From the IMG/VR virus record IMGVR_UViG_2744054422_000002, positions 29,022 through 93,021 of that record: DNA of 64,000 nt, one strand, 5' to 3'. The DNA is from a virus. Its lineage: Duplodnaviria > Caudoviricetes. The position numbers were made by a program, and so were the translations under genes. Shown here in pieces: positions 47,751-56,814 of this stretch (the stretch's first letter is position 1; every line of letters starts with the position of its first letter). The notes beneath the pieces are model-generated. The model searched no databases, had not been told where the DNA came from, and was given only the letters and a program-made list of their open reading frames with translations.

Positions 47751-50700
47751 TCAGGCGGCCGAGGACGAGGCGGCGGCCTCCGGGTTGATCTGGATGCTGT
47801 TCGCCTGGACCGCTGCGATCGCCTGGGCCTGGCGGAGGTTCTTCGTGGCGCGCAGGGTCAGCTCCCGCAGGTGCTCGATGCGCATCTGGTGGCCGGGGAC
47901 GCCGCCGGGCGTACCGGCGAGCAGGAGGGCGAGGGTCTCGGGGTCCGCGCTGGCCAGCTCGGAGAGGATCTCGCCGGCGGCGCTCAGGCGGTCGATCTTC
48001 TTGGTAAGCGCGTCCCGGTCAGCCACGAGCTTCTCGCGCTGGCTCTCGGGGAGGTCGAGCGAGCCGGGGATCGCCTCCTGGCCGCCCTTGCTCTCGGCGG
48101 CCTCGTCGGCGAGGACGAAGAAGCTGCCCTGCTCTTCCACCGCCTTCTCCTGCGTGCGGGCCGCCTGGGCGAATGCCTCGGCGTCCCGGGTGCTCTTGAA
48201 CTCGCCCCGGGCGTACCGGGTGATGAACCGCTCCTGGTTGTCGCAGTTCAGCAGGGACACGTACCAGGCGAGGCCGACCGGGAGGTGCCCCTTGCTGAGG
48301 GCCTCACGGCCGCGCTCGCACAGGCGCAGGAGGTCGATCCGCCAGCCGACGTAGGCGGCGGACTTGCCGACCATCTCGGACACCTCGTCGATCGTGTACT
48401 CGGCGTCCACCAGCCGCTTGAAGCTCTCGGCCTCCTCGATGGGGGTCATGTCCGCGCGCCCGCAGTTCTCGGCGACCTGCTTGGCGAGGGTCTCGCGGTC
48501 GCCGTCCTCGACGCCGTGGATCACGATGGCGTCGAGCTCGGCGATCTCGCCGATCTGGGCAGCCCTCCAGCGTCGCTCACCCATGACCAGCGTGTACCGC
48601 TTTGTGGACCGCACGTAGCGGACGGTCACCGGCTGGAGCTGGCCGAGCCGCTTCATCGACTTGGCCAGCTCCTCCAGCTTGGCCTGGTCGAAGAGCTGGC
48701 GCGGCTGGGTCTCGTCGCGGTCGATGCGGTCGACGGGCACGCGCCGGTTGGTCGTCTTGGCCTCGGCCGGGGCGGTCACCTTCGGGGCCGCCTCCTTCAT
48801 CGCAGCCACCTTCTTGGGGGCGGTCGCCTTCTTCTCCGCCGGGGCGGCCTTGGCGGACTTGCGGGCGCGGGTGGTGGTGGCGGTCATGGTTGGAACCTCC
48901 CGTGTGGCATTTAGTGGGTAGTCACTAATACCAACACGTGAACGATCTTGGTGGTTCCGGGTGCTTTCAGAGAAATCGCTGGTCAGGGACGTTTTTTCGA
49001 CCTCCGCGCCCCCCTCTGCAACCTCCTCGACCGCCACCTCGGACCCCTCGGTCGACTGCTTGGTCGCCGCCGGTGCGCCCTCGACGTCCGTCGCAGGCTC
49101 GCCGACCGCCGTGGCGGCGACCAGGTCGGCCCCGAGGGTGCTCGCCCAAGCCTGGAAGTCGAGCGGGGCGTACCAGCCATCCGTGGACGCGATGCCGTCG
49201 TCCACATATCGCCGGTAGGCGGCGTCCAGCTCGGCCGTGCGCTCGATCTCCGGCTGCCGTGCGGCGCGCTCTTGCATCTCAGCGATCTGGGCAGCTTTGC
49301 GCTCTCGCCGGGTGAGCCGACGCCCGTTCGCTTCTTTCTCGGTCATGGCGTCCCCCTGAGGGGTTGGATTTAGTGGGTAGTCACTAATGCCAACGCGTGG
49401 ATCCGCCGTGTGGTTCCGGGTGGATTCCGAGAGATCGCAGGTCAGAGCCGTTTTTTCGCCCTCCGGCTGGCTCTCTCCGTGCCCCTCGGGGGTCTCCTCC
49501 GCCGGGGCCTCGGACTCCGCCTGCGGCTCGTCGACCGGCGTCTCGGCGTCGGCCGCCGCAGCCTCACCGGCCGGTGCCTCCTCCTCGATGGCGGGCGCCG
49601 CCTCGGGCTGCTCGTCGACCACCGCGGTGGTCTCCTCCACCTGGGGCGGCTCGGACGCCGCCGGGGCGAGGACAACGTCCCGGACGAAGCCGCTGCGGTC
49701 CCGGGACACCGCCCAGTCCTCCTCTCGGCACACGTAGCCGCGCTCGGCGAGCAGCCGCGTGATCTCGGCCTGGAGGGACTTCGACCACACCGCCCGCTGG
49801 AACCGCTCACCCTCGGGAGGCATGATCACCTCCGGCGTGAAGTCCTTGTGCGGTCGGCTGTTCCCGTTCAGCCACACCAGCTCGGCCACCTCGCCGTCCA
49901 GGTCGCAGGTGACCATCACCCGCTTGGCCGCCTTCGGATCGCTTCGCTTCGCCGTCTTCGCAGCCTTCGGCTTGGCGGCCTGCGCCTCGCGGACCGCGCT
50001 CGCCGGCTGCGCCTCGGACGCCTCGGCGGCCAGCTTCGTGCCGGGCACCTTCCCGTCAGCCAGGAAGGCATCTATGGCCGTCTCGGGGCACCGGGCGCGC
50101 ACCTCCGTGTAGTCCGCCGGGTGCGTCCAGACCCGGCCTCGGTCGGTGGCGTCCTCCAGCGTCATCACCTGCTTCGGGGCCAGCCGCAGGTTCCACGCGA
50201 TGGACAGCGTGGTCGGGTTGACCCGCTTCACCTGGTACCAGGAGCCGAGGTACCTGACGTAGTCGCCGGGCGCGAAGTCGTCCGGGCCCCAGATCTGCAC
50301 TCCGTCGACCTTGGCCTTCTCGACGATCGCTTCCCAGTGCTCGATCTCCTCGCGAAGGTCGAGGACATTCACCTCGTGCCGCTCGCCGTCCCAGCCCTTC
50401 TCGGCGGCCTCCGCCGCGTACCGCTCCTGCTGGCGGAGGTCGGCGCCCAACTTCTTCAGCCTCCGCAGGGTCCGGTACGGGTCCTTCCGGAACGCCTCGT
50501 AGTTCTCGGCGGCCCTCGCCCGGTCCGACCAGTACGCCGACCGCTCGCGGTCCTCGATCGACTTCCGCATATTGGTGTGCATGCGCTCCTGGTCGCGGCG
50601 GGCGCGGCCCTCGCTGTGGTGGCCGACGAGGATCGGCTGGCCGAACTCGAACCGCCGGCTGATGCTCTCGGCCGCGCCCCGCCGGGCGTCGGAGGAAGCG

Positions 50701-51029
50701 GCGGCCCGGCCCGCGCGGCCGCTGTAGCGGTCAGCGCGGTCCTCGGCGCGGTCCTCGCGGTCGGCCTCGGCCTCCGAGAAGGACCGCCGGATCCGTTCGC
50801 TGATCTCGACCGTCACGGTGTGGCCGGCCGCTCGCAGGGCCTCGGCGGCCCGGTTGATTCGCCAGGTGTCGGCTGCCCTGTCGCGTGACCGCTTGATGAA
50901 CAGGCCCTCGATCGAGCGGGAGAACCAGAAGCCGTGTTCCCTGACGATCTCGAAGATGCCGTCCCCCTTGCTGGAGCCGGTGAGGATCGTGCCTTCCGCT
51001 CGCGTGTGGGTGATCGTGATCTCGGCCAA
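47751..51029 (-). CDS. DUF3560-like domain fused in frame to ParB (internal RBS+ATG at 49346 and 48887)
   Basis: FGQPILVGHHSEGRARRD DUF3560 signature; C-terminal QPRQLFD..LQPVTVR..MGERRWRAA..ENCGRADMTPIEEA ParB/CTPase motifs. Confidence 0.85.
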   Translation of the reverse strand: MAEITITHTRAEGTILTGSSKGDGIFEIVREHGFWFSRSIEGLFIKRSRDRAADTWRINRAAEALRAAGHTVTVEISERIRRSFSEAEADREDRAEDRADRYSGRAGRAAASSDARRGAAESISRRFEFGQPILVGHHSEGRARRDQERMHTNMRKSIEDRERSAYWSDRARAAENYEAFRKDPYRTLRRLKKLGADLRQQERYAAEAAEKGWDGERHEVNVLDLREEIEHWEAIVEKAKVDGVQIWGPDDFAPGDYVRYLGSWYQVKRVNPTTLSIAWNLRLAPKQVMTLEDATDRGRVWTHPADYTEVRARCPETAIDAFLADGKVPGTKLAAEASEAQPASAVREAQAAKPKAAKTAKRSDPKAAKRVMVTCDLDGEVAELVWLNGNSRPHKDFTPEVIMPPEGERFQRAVWSKSLQAEITRLLAERGYVCREEDWAVSRDRSGFVRDVVLAPAASEPPQVEETTAVVDEQPEAAPAIEEEAPAGEAAAADAETPVDEPQAESEAPAEETPEGHGESQPEGEKTALTCDLSESTRNHTADPRVGISDYPLNPTPQGDAMTEKEANGRRLTRRERKAAQIAEMQERAARQPEIERTAELDAAYRRYVDDGIASTDGWYAPLDFQAWASTLGADLVAATAVGEPATDVEGAPAATKQSTEGSEVAVEEVAEGGAEVEKTSLTSDFSESTRNHQDRSRVGISDYPLNATREVPTMTATTTRARKSAKAAPAEKKATAPKKVAAMKEAAPKVTAPAEAKTTNRRVPVDRIDRDETQPRQLFDQAKLEELAKSMKRLGQLQPVTVRYVRSTKRYTLVMGERRWRAAQIGEIAELDAIVIHGVEDGDRETLAKQVAENCGRADMTPIEEAESFKRLVDAEYTIDEVSEMVGKSAAYVGWRIDLLRLCERGREALSKGHLPVGLAWYVSLLNCDNQERFITRYARGEFKSTRDAEAFAQAARTQEKAVEEQGSFFVLADEAAESKGGQEAIPGSLDLPESQREKLVADRDALTKKIDRLSAAGEILSELASADPETLALLLAGTPGGVPGHQMRIEHLRELTLRATKNLRQAQAIAAVQANSIQINPEAAASSSAA
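48911..48985 (-). promoter_or_regulatory. Cassette A copy 2 (inside the long ORF, upstream of the ParB start at 48887)
   Basis: GGAAC-N18-GTT-GGTA-TTAGTGACTACCCACTAA, followed by RBS GGAGG. Confidence 0.8.
49370..49444 (-). promoter_or_regulatory. Cassette A copy 3 (inside the long ORF)
   Basis: GGAAC-N17-CGTT-GGCA-TTAGTGACTACCCACTAA, then RBS GGGGGA and ATG 49346. Confidence 0.8.
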
Positions 51030-51097
51030 GGCCGGGACTCCTTCCGGGTGTGCGGACGGCCCGGCGATTGCCGGGCCGTGGGTGGTGGTCGTGCGGG

Positions 51098-51355
51098 TCA
51101 GAGCACGCGGGTGGCGGACATCGCGGCTTCGACGATCGGGAAGGTCTCGGCCCAGGTGGCCTCGACGAACAGGGCGGTGTCGCCGCCGTAGCCGCTGCTG
51201 CCCGCGATGTAGGCCTTGCCGCTGCCCTTGGGGAGCTGGACCGTCCAGTCCTGGCCGTCGTGGGCGACCGAGGTGCGCGGGCCGAGATTCGTCTGCTTCC
51301 AGGTGGTGGCGGTGGCCGCTGCGGTGAAGATGACGGAGATCGTTGTGGCGTCCAT
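51098..51355 (-). CDS. Small hypothetical early protein
   Basis: 85 aa, directly after cassette A copy 4; typical codon usage. Confidence 0.7.
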   Translation of the reverse strand: MDATTISVIFTAAATATTWKQTNLGPRTSVAHDGQDWTVQLPKGSGKAYIAGSSGYGGDTALFVEATWAETFPIVEAAMSATRVL

Positions 51356-51377
51356 TTCCGGCCCCTTAGATTGGGGT

Positions 51378-51462
51378 TTAGTGTGTAGTCACTAATGCCA
51401 ACGCGTGTATGGACCATGTGGTTCCGGGGTGAGCTGCATGAATCGCAAGAAATAGCAGGTCA
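51378..51462 (-). promoter_or_regulatory. Cassette A copy 4
   Basis: GGAAC-N17-CGTT-GGCA-TTAGTGACTACACACTAA. Confidence 0.8.
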
Positions 51463-51774
51463 GAGGCTTACCGGGTGGATGCCGCGCTCCTCCGCCTCGG
51501 TGTCGACCGCCCACCAAGCCCAGAAGAAGCCCGGCGTCTCGTCATCCCGGGCCTCGCGCTCGCGGGCAGCGTTCAGCACCTCTTCGAACCGTGCGTGGGG
51601 CAGGTCGAACAGGAGGAGGCTGACGGCTTCCCTGGCCTGCTCGCCGCGGTGGTCGCACCTGAGCGTGCAGGGCTGGCCGACTTCCGCGCCGCAGATGCCG
51701 CATTCCTTGTCCGTGGTGACCGCCGGGGGGCGCAGGGCGATCTGGACCAGTTCGTCGAAGGTGATCGCGCTCAT
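51460..51774 (-). CDS. Small Zn-finger-like protein
   Basis: CGICGAEVGQPC...CDHR motif; RBS GGAGGA. Confidence 0.65.
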   Translation of the reverse strand: MSAITFDELVQIALRPPAVTTDKECGICGAEVGQPCTLRCDHRGEQAREAVSLLLFDLPHARFEEVLNAAREREARDDETPGFFWAWWAVDTEAEERGIHPVSL

Positions 51775-51842
51775 GATGGGGTCCTCCTGGGTGGTGGGGT
51801 TAAAGGAGGGCGGGGCCGGTGGCCCCGCCGGGCTGCTGGCAG

Positions 51843-52520
51843 TCAGCCGGCGAGGATCGCCGTGCCGGTCGCGGTCAGGGCCACCCGCTGCCCGGTGAAC
51901 AGCGAGCAGCGGGTGTCGGCCTTCGCCCACCCCTGCTCGATCACCCACATGACCATGTCCTTGCGGGGCCGGTAGCCGTCCTCGACGGACACCATGGTCT
52001 GGCCGAGCTTGAACTCCGAGAGCGTGACGCCGTTGTCCCGGATGGCCTCCAGGGTTCGCTTCTGGGCCGGGGTCGCCTTCGGGACCTCCACCGGCGCGGG
52101 CGCCGGGGCCGGCTGGGGCTCGACCGTCGGGGCGGCTTCCTCGGCCGGGGTCCGGTCCTCGTCGATGTCCATACCGTTGGTGCTGCTCAGGAAGCGTCGC
52201 AGGCCGTCCTGCTCGGCCAGCCGGGCCGCGTTGGTGACCATGCTGGTGCTCAGGGCGATCCCGTAGCTCACGAGGGCCTCCGTGGCCTTGGCGCGGGCCT
52301 TGGCGAGTGCCTCGCGGACGCCGTGACGCTCGATGCGCACCATCAGCTCGGCCCAGGGCTTCGCCTGAGCGTCGGCCACCAGGACGGCGTCCATACGGTG
52401 GTCCAGCTGGGAGCCGTCGACCGCGAGCGCATCGTTCAGCGACTTACGGGCCGCCTTGGCGTTCTCGGCCTCACTGGTGGCGCGGATGGTGAGGAACTTG
52501 AGAGCGTTCGTGGCGTCCAT
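51843..52520 (-). CDS. Hypothetical early protein (helical N-terminus, winged-helix-like C-terminus)
   Basis: RBS GGAG; first gene after cassette A copy 5. Confidence 0.7.
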   Translation of the reverse strand: MDATNALKFLTIRATSEAENAKAARKSLNDALAVDGSQLDHRMDAVLVADAQAKPWAELMVRIERHGVREALAKARAKATEALVSYGIALSTSMVTNAARLAEQDGLRRFLSSTNGMDIDEDRTPAEEAAPTVEPQPAPAPAPVEVPKATPAQKRTLEAIRDNGVTLSEFKLGQTMVSVEDGYRPRKDMVMWVIEQGWAKADTRCSLFTGQRVALTATGTAILAG

Positions 52521-52545
52521 TTCGGTCTCCTGTGGGGTGGGGGGT

Positions 52546-52679
52546 TTATTGGGTAGTCACTAATATCAACGCATGTACGGGTCATGTGGTTCCGGGTATT
52601 TCGCGAGAAATCGCAGAAAATCGCAGGTCAGCGGCCTACCGTGCACACGATGCGGTCTCCGTAGTGTCTACCCACTACG
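52546..52679. promoter_or_regulatory. Cassette A copy 5 plus a divergent operator for the HTH gene
   Basis: GGAAC-N17-CGTT promoter on the minus strand; CGTAGTG-TCTACC-CACTACG at 52660-52679, 8 nt before ATG 52688. Confidence 0.8.
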
Positions 52680-52687
52680 CTTGCCGC

Positions 52688-52975
52688 ATGGAACGCACCC
52701 CGCTCCCCGAACCTTTTGCCGCGCTCGCCGACATGGCAGGCGAGCCGACCATCGAGCAGGCTCAGGCCCTCGGCAAGGCGCTCAAGTCCGTGCCCGCTCT
52801 CCAGCGCTGGCTTCGGGAGGAGAGGCAGCGCACCGTCCGCGCCCTCCTCGACGGCCCGTACACCAAGGAGGACCTGGCCCCACGCTTGGAGGTCACGCCA
52901 CAGCGGGTCGCAGACATCGCCAGCGGCCACCGGAACACAGCCGCCCTCGCCCGCAAGGCTCGCAAGACCGGCTGA
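52688..52975 (+). CDS. Small HTH regulator (candidate binder of operator A)
   Basis: LREERQRTVRALL...TKEDLAPRLEVTPQRVADIASG HTH; no RBS, so likely leaderless. Confidence 0.8.
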   Translation: MERTPLPEPFAALADMAGEPTIEQAQALGKALKSVPALQRWLREERQRTVRALLDGPYTKEDLAPRLEVTPQRVADIASGHRNTAALARKARKTG

Positions 52976-52989
52976 ACGCGCCACACACA

Positions 52990-53027
52990 AAAGGGCGCCC
53001 CTCACGCTGTCGCGCGGGGCGCCCTTC
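52990..53027 (+). terminator. Terminator-like hairpin
   Basis: AAGGGCGCCCC...GGGGCGCCCTT inverted repeat. Confidence 0.65.
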
Positions 53028-53696
53028 GCATATCGCCGGTCAGGCAGCCTCGGCGAACAGGCTCAGCCGTTCCGTCTCGTCCGGCACGGCCGGGAGCGGG
53101 GCCGCCTGGAGTTCCGGGGGTGGCCCGCAGAAGTTCACCGACGTCGAGTGCGCCATGGCATCGTCACGGACTCACCATCCACAGGTAATAGATGCAAAGC
53201 TCTACTGTCCATTACCGACACGCCGGTTACTTGCACCCCCGTACACCGACTGCAGCGATCTTGGTCCGGTCGGGGAAGTTTTTCTTATGCACAGCCGATG
53301 GACGGGAAACCGGCAGGTCAGTGCGGCTATCTCGTGCGGTGTGGCCAGCTATGCACAGGCCCATCCCGCGGGTTACCCACAGCGGAAGGCCAAGTATCCC
53401 CAGAGGTAAGGGCGTTGTACCCAGATGCCTGTGGACAACCAGATTGGGGATGGAACGAGAGCGTGCCAGTATCAACGAGCCGAACGGCTGAACTGCCCTT
53501 TCGAGCGCCGCCATTGACGATGAGCAGGTTTCACGTGGAACGACGCGCAGACACAACTCGCCCTCGCGTAAACGGAGTTGAGACCATCATTTGTCAGTCC
53601 CGTGCCGTAGAAATGGCAAGCCAGACAAGACGCGGGGGCGCACCCGAGCACTTTGACGAGAGAACGGGCGCGCCCCTACAGAGAGCCAGGAGGAAC

Positions 53697-54071
53697 ATGA
53701 ACACGCCCCACCCGACGCACGGCGCCCTGCTCCCGGACGGAAGCCTTGGCGCTACTTCTACTGTTCCAGAGACCACTGACAACGCCCAATGGCGGTCGCG
53801 CGGAGCGGAAGCTAGCTGCGTGATTGACCCCGAGCCTCTTGCCGATGTGCCCGATTCCACGCCCCAGCGGGCCACAGTGATCATCGTCTTGGACCAGCAC
53901 CTTGAAGGCCCCCCTCTCGGTGAGAAGCCGCAGGCCAGGCGGCTGAGTCCCGCCCGGATGCGGGCGCGCCGACTGCTGGACACCGCGAGCGACGAACTCA
54001 CGCGACTGGCCGTGGAAGCGTCCGCGACCGGCGTGCTCGCGTGGGCGGTCTACTGGTTCCAGCGCCGCTGA
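53697..54071 (+). CDS. Small C-terminally membrane-anchored protein
   Basis: ATG after AGGAGGA; ends ATGVLAWAVYWFQRR. Confidence 0.5.
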   Translation: MNTPHPTHGALLPDGSLGATSTVPETTDNAQWRSRGAEASCVIDPEPLADVPDSTPQRATVIIVLDQHLEGPPLGEKPQARRLSPARMRARRLLDTASDELTRLAVEASATGVLAWAVYWFQRR

Positions 54072-55009
54072 TCTGGTGCCGGCTGGGAGCACGACGTGCT
54101 CCCAGCCGGGTCACCGTGCCAAGGATTTCCAGGCAGATGGGCCCCACCGGAAACCAGGACGCCAACATCTACCGGCTCACCCTCGGCCCGGTCTTCGTGA
54201 AGTTCAACTACGTCCGGGAGGAGCCCCTGTTCTGAACTTCAATGCGCCCGATCCCTGCCCCTGGGACGCCAGTCGACAACCCGGGCGCACGGTGACGTCA
54301 CCGAAAGGATGCCGGGCCGGAGACAGAGGTGACAACGAAGCCGTCGCGGCATTCGCCGTCGGGCGCGTAAAGCAGACGAAGCCCCGACTGCGGACATGTC
54401 CCAGGGGGCGCTGAGGGAACCGAAAGCCCCCGGTCACGAACTACGCCACTGGTCAACCTCGCGGAACGGCGATGCAGATCAAGCCAAGGTCAAAGCTGTT
54501 CCAGAGATCGGAAGAGATGTTGATGAACGCCAGCATGTGGACACCGTGGGCCTTCAAGGACCTGGCCTCGTACGACGCGCCTTGACTTGCACAATCAACC
54601 GCCAACCGCGCTCATCGCGCGGCACGGGGGGTGCGTCACCGTGCTCGCGGACTGCCGGTGGCACCCAACACAATGGTCCCGGTGGCCTTTTGGTGCCGCC
54701 GCCTACACGGCGGCGGCCCCCTGCTCGCAACAGGAGGCCACCGACTTCGACTGCAAGAACCGACGACCTGAGGAGGTCACGATTCCCACCGAGAACGAGC
54801 CTACGGGCTCACACCGACAAGACAAGCCTGACCAGCACCTTGAGGGCCCGCCTCTCGGTGAAAAGCCGCAGACCAGGCGGCTGAGCCCGGCTCGGATGCG
54901 GGCACATCGACTGCTGGAGACTGCGAGCGACGAACTCGTGCGGTGGGCAGTGAAGGCGTCCACGACCGGCGTGACCGCGTGGGCGGTCTACTGGATCGAG
55001 CACCGCTGA
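53892..55009 (+). repeat. Diverged ~180-bp direct repeat (53892-54071 and 54830-55009)
   Basis: Both copies encode DQHLEGPPLGEKPQ.RRLSPARMRA.RLL.TASDEL.R.AV.AS.TGV.AWAVYW...stop. Confidence 0.85.
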
Positions 55010-55243
55010 CCCGGGGCCGGCTGCGAGTGCTGAGGTACTCGCAGCCGGTCCCCCTTGCCTTAGAAGGCCGGGAGATGGGATACGTCGCTAACGGTGACGC
55101 CGACATCTTCCCGGAGTTCCACTGCGTGGCGAATGGCCGCCACCTTCTACCCGACCCTGCGAACGGCGAACTCGGCGTCGGAGAGGGCGCCAGCGAGGCG
55201 GAGGCGGCGGGCAGCAGTGGCGAAGTGGTTCATGGTCGTTCTC

Positions 55244-55708
55244 TCACTTCCAGATGCGGATGGCCTGGACACGACGGGCCGCGTAGCGGACGGCCGTGTC
55301 GGGGTGGGCGATGCGGATGTGCTCGGCGGCGGCCTCGCGGGCGCCGTCGCGGGTGGTGGAGCGCCAGGCTTCCCGGCAGTCGAGGTCCATCACGCCGCCG
55401 CGCTCGGTGGGTACGCCGACGATGTAGACCCGGCACCGCCACAGCCAGCCCCGGCCGTTGCGGGCTCCGGAGACCGGCGCCCAGTCCACGGTGGCCACGG
55501 GTCCGAACGCACCCTCGGCGCTCAGCAGGCTGTCGATGATGTGGCCGGTGAACTGGTCGGCGGGCACGCGGCGGGCGTCCAGCCAGGCGAGGGTGAGCGG
55601 AGTGCAGTCCTGCGCCGGTACGGGTCGGTCGCCGGGCCAGCACTGGTCAATGCCGGGCAGCTCGGGCCAGTCGGGCGCGAGCGCGCGCAGGGTGGGCAGA
55701 TCGGTCAT
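55244..55708 (-). CDS. Hypothetical protein
   Basis: RBS GGAGGA; GC3-rich frame. Confidence 0.65.
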   Translation of the reverse strand: MTDLPTLRALAPDWPELPGIDQCWPGDRPVPAQDCTPLTLAWLDARRVPADQFTGHIIDSLLSAEGAFGPVATVDWAPVSGARNGRGWLWRCRVYIVGVPTERGGVMDLDCREAWRSTTRDGAREAAAEHIRIAHPDTAVRYAARRVQAIRIWK

Positions 55709-55732
55709 GGCGTGGTTCCTCCTGGGTGGGGT

Positions 55733-56092
55733 TCAGCTGGTGAGGTCGAAGATGTGGGCCGCGATGCGGTGCCAGCAGACGTGGACGGCTTTCAGGCCGG
55801 CCGGGCACGTGCAGGCGGCGCGGGCGGTGCGGTAGGCGGTCGTGCCGTCGCTGCCGACCGCCAGGTAGACGCGGTTCTTGCCCGTCTTGCGGAGCAGGAC
55901 CAGGCCGCCCTGCCGCAGGTTCTCGGTGGCCTTCTCGACCTGGTGCTGCTTGTAGGCGTTTACGACCTCGGGGGCCTTGCCTGCACGGCGGAGCTTCTGA
56001 CGGCATTTCGGGCCGTAGCCGTCCGGGCTGGGGTTCTTCATGGCGCGGTTGCACTTCGCACACCGGTGGGTGGTGGAGGGCTTGGCGCTCAT
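55733..56092 (-). CDS. DUF6011-like + SWIM-type Zn-finger protein
   Basis: CAKCNR...GYGPKC and CTCPAG...CWH motifs. Confidence 0.75.
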   Translation of the reverse strand: MSAKPSTTHRCAKCNRAMKNPSPDGYGPKCRQKLRRAGKAPEVVNAYKQHQVEKATENLRQGGLVLLRKTGKNRVYLAVGSDGTTAYRTARAACTCPAGLKAVHVCWHRIAAHIFDLTS

Positions 56093-56130
56093 GCGAACTC
56101 CCTGGTGGCTGGTGGTTGATGTCGTTACTT

Positions 56131-56190
56131 CCATCCTTTGCGTAATCCACTTTGCCTAACCGTTTTTACAAAGTGGATTACACAAAAAAA
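56131..56190 (-). promoter_or_regulatory. Operator cassette B
   Basis: TTTGCGTAATCCACTTTGCCTAACC...AAAGTGGATTACACAAA direct and inverted repeats. Confidence 0.7.
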
Positions 56191-56455
56191 CTCCCAATAA
56201 GCCCTGCCCAGCGGGCTGCGCGGGGCGGCCCGCCGGGGTCGGTCGGCCTACTTCCCGGTGGGCCACTCGCAGGTGCCGTGCTCGTGGCAGTTGCAGCGCC
56301 CGCAGCCCGCGCACATCTGGCCCGCTTACAGGCCACTCGGGCCGCAGCCGCCAGCCGCGTCCAGTTCGGGGTCGTCCAGGGCGCACGTCAGGTCGATCAG
56401 GGTCTCGGGCTCGTCAAACGCGTTTTGCAAAGTCCATTTATGGAAGACTGCGGAC

Positions 56456-56743
56456 ATGCCCAAGAAGCCCGGGCCACAACCCCAGCCCGACCACGAGCTC
56501 AGCGAGACCACCCGCGCCGCGATCAAGGCGTGGGAGGACCACATCGAGAAGGAACCCGAGCTGCGCAAGGCGGCGCAGAGGGCGCTGGCCGACGAACTCA
56601 AGGCCGATCCGGATCTCCCCGTCGCAGCCCTCGCGAAGGCGAAAGGAGTGCCCTGGGGGATCGGCACGCTGTGGGTCATCGTCAGGGAATACGGCGTCCC
56701 GGCACGTCAGCCGAACAAGGCGAAGAGGTCTGCCGAGAGCTGA
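56456..56743 (+). CDS. Small putative DNA-binding regulator (candidate binder of operator B)
   Basis: Basic termini; PVAALAK..GVPWGIGTLWVIVREYGV HTH-like; preceded by TTTGCAAAGTCCATTT, a B-like site. Confidence 0.65.
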   Translation: MPKKPGPQPQPDHELSETTRAAIKAWEDHIEKEPELRKAAQRALADELKADPDLPVAALAKAKGVPWGIGTLWVIVREYGVPARQPNKAKRSAES

Positions 56744-56753
56744 CCGGCAGCAG

Positions 56754-56802
56754 GAAAGCCGAAAGGGCCACGACGGGGGAGGCGTGGCCCTTTCGGGGCT
56801 TC
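56754..56802. terminator. Bidirectional terminator-like hairpin
   Basis: CCGAAAGGGCCACG...CGTGGCCCTTTCGG inverted repeat. Confidence 0.7.
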
Positions 56803-56814
56803 TATGTCCGCCGA

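Noticed and set aside
40253-52630. Dispersed ~30-bp conserved repeats as a possible CRISPR array
   Set aside because: Spacing is hundreds to thousands of bp, each copy precedes a gene start, and no cas genes are present.
55060-55233. Small ORF MNHFATAARR... with in-frame TAG, as possible stop-codon readthrough
   Set aside because: Single instance with no suppressor tRNA in the window; a simple nonsense mutation or short peptide is more likely.
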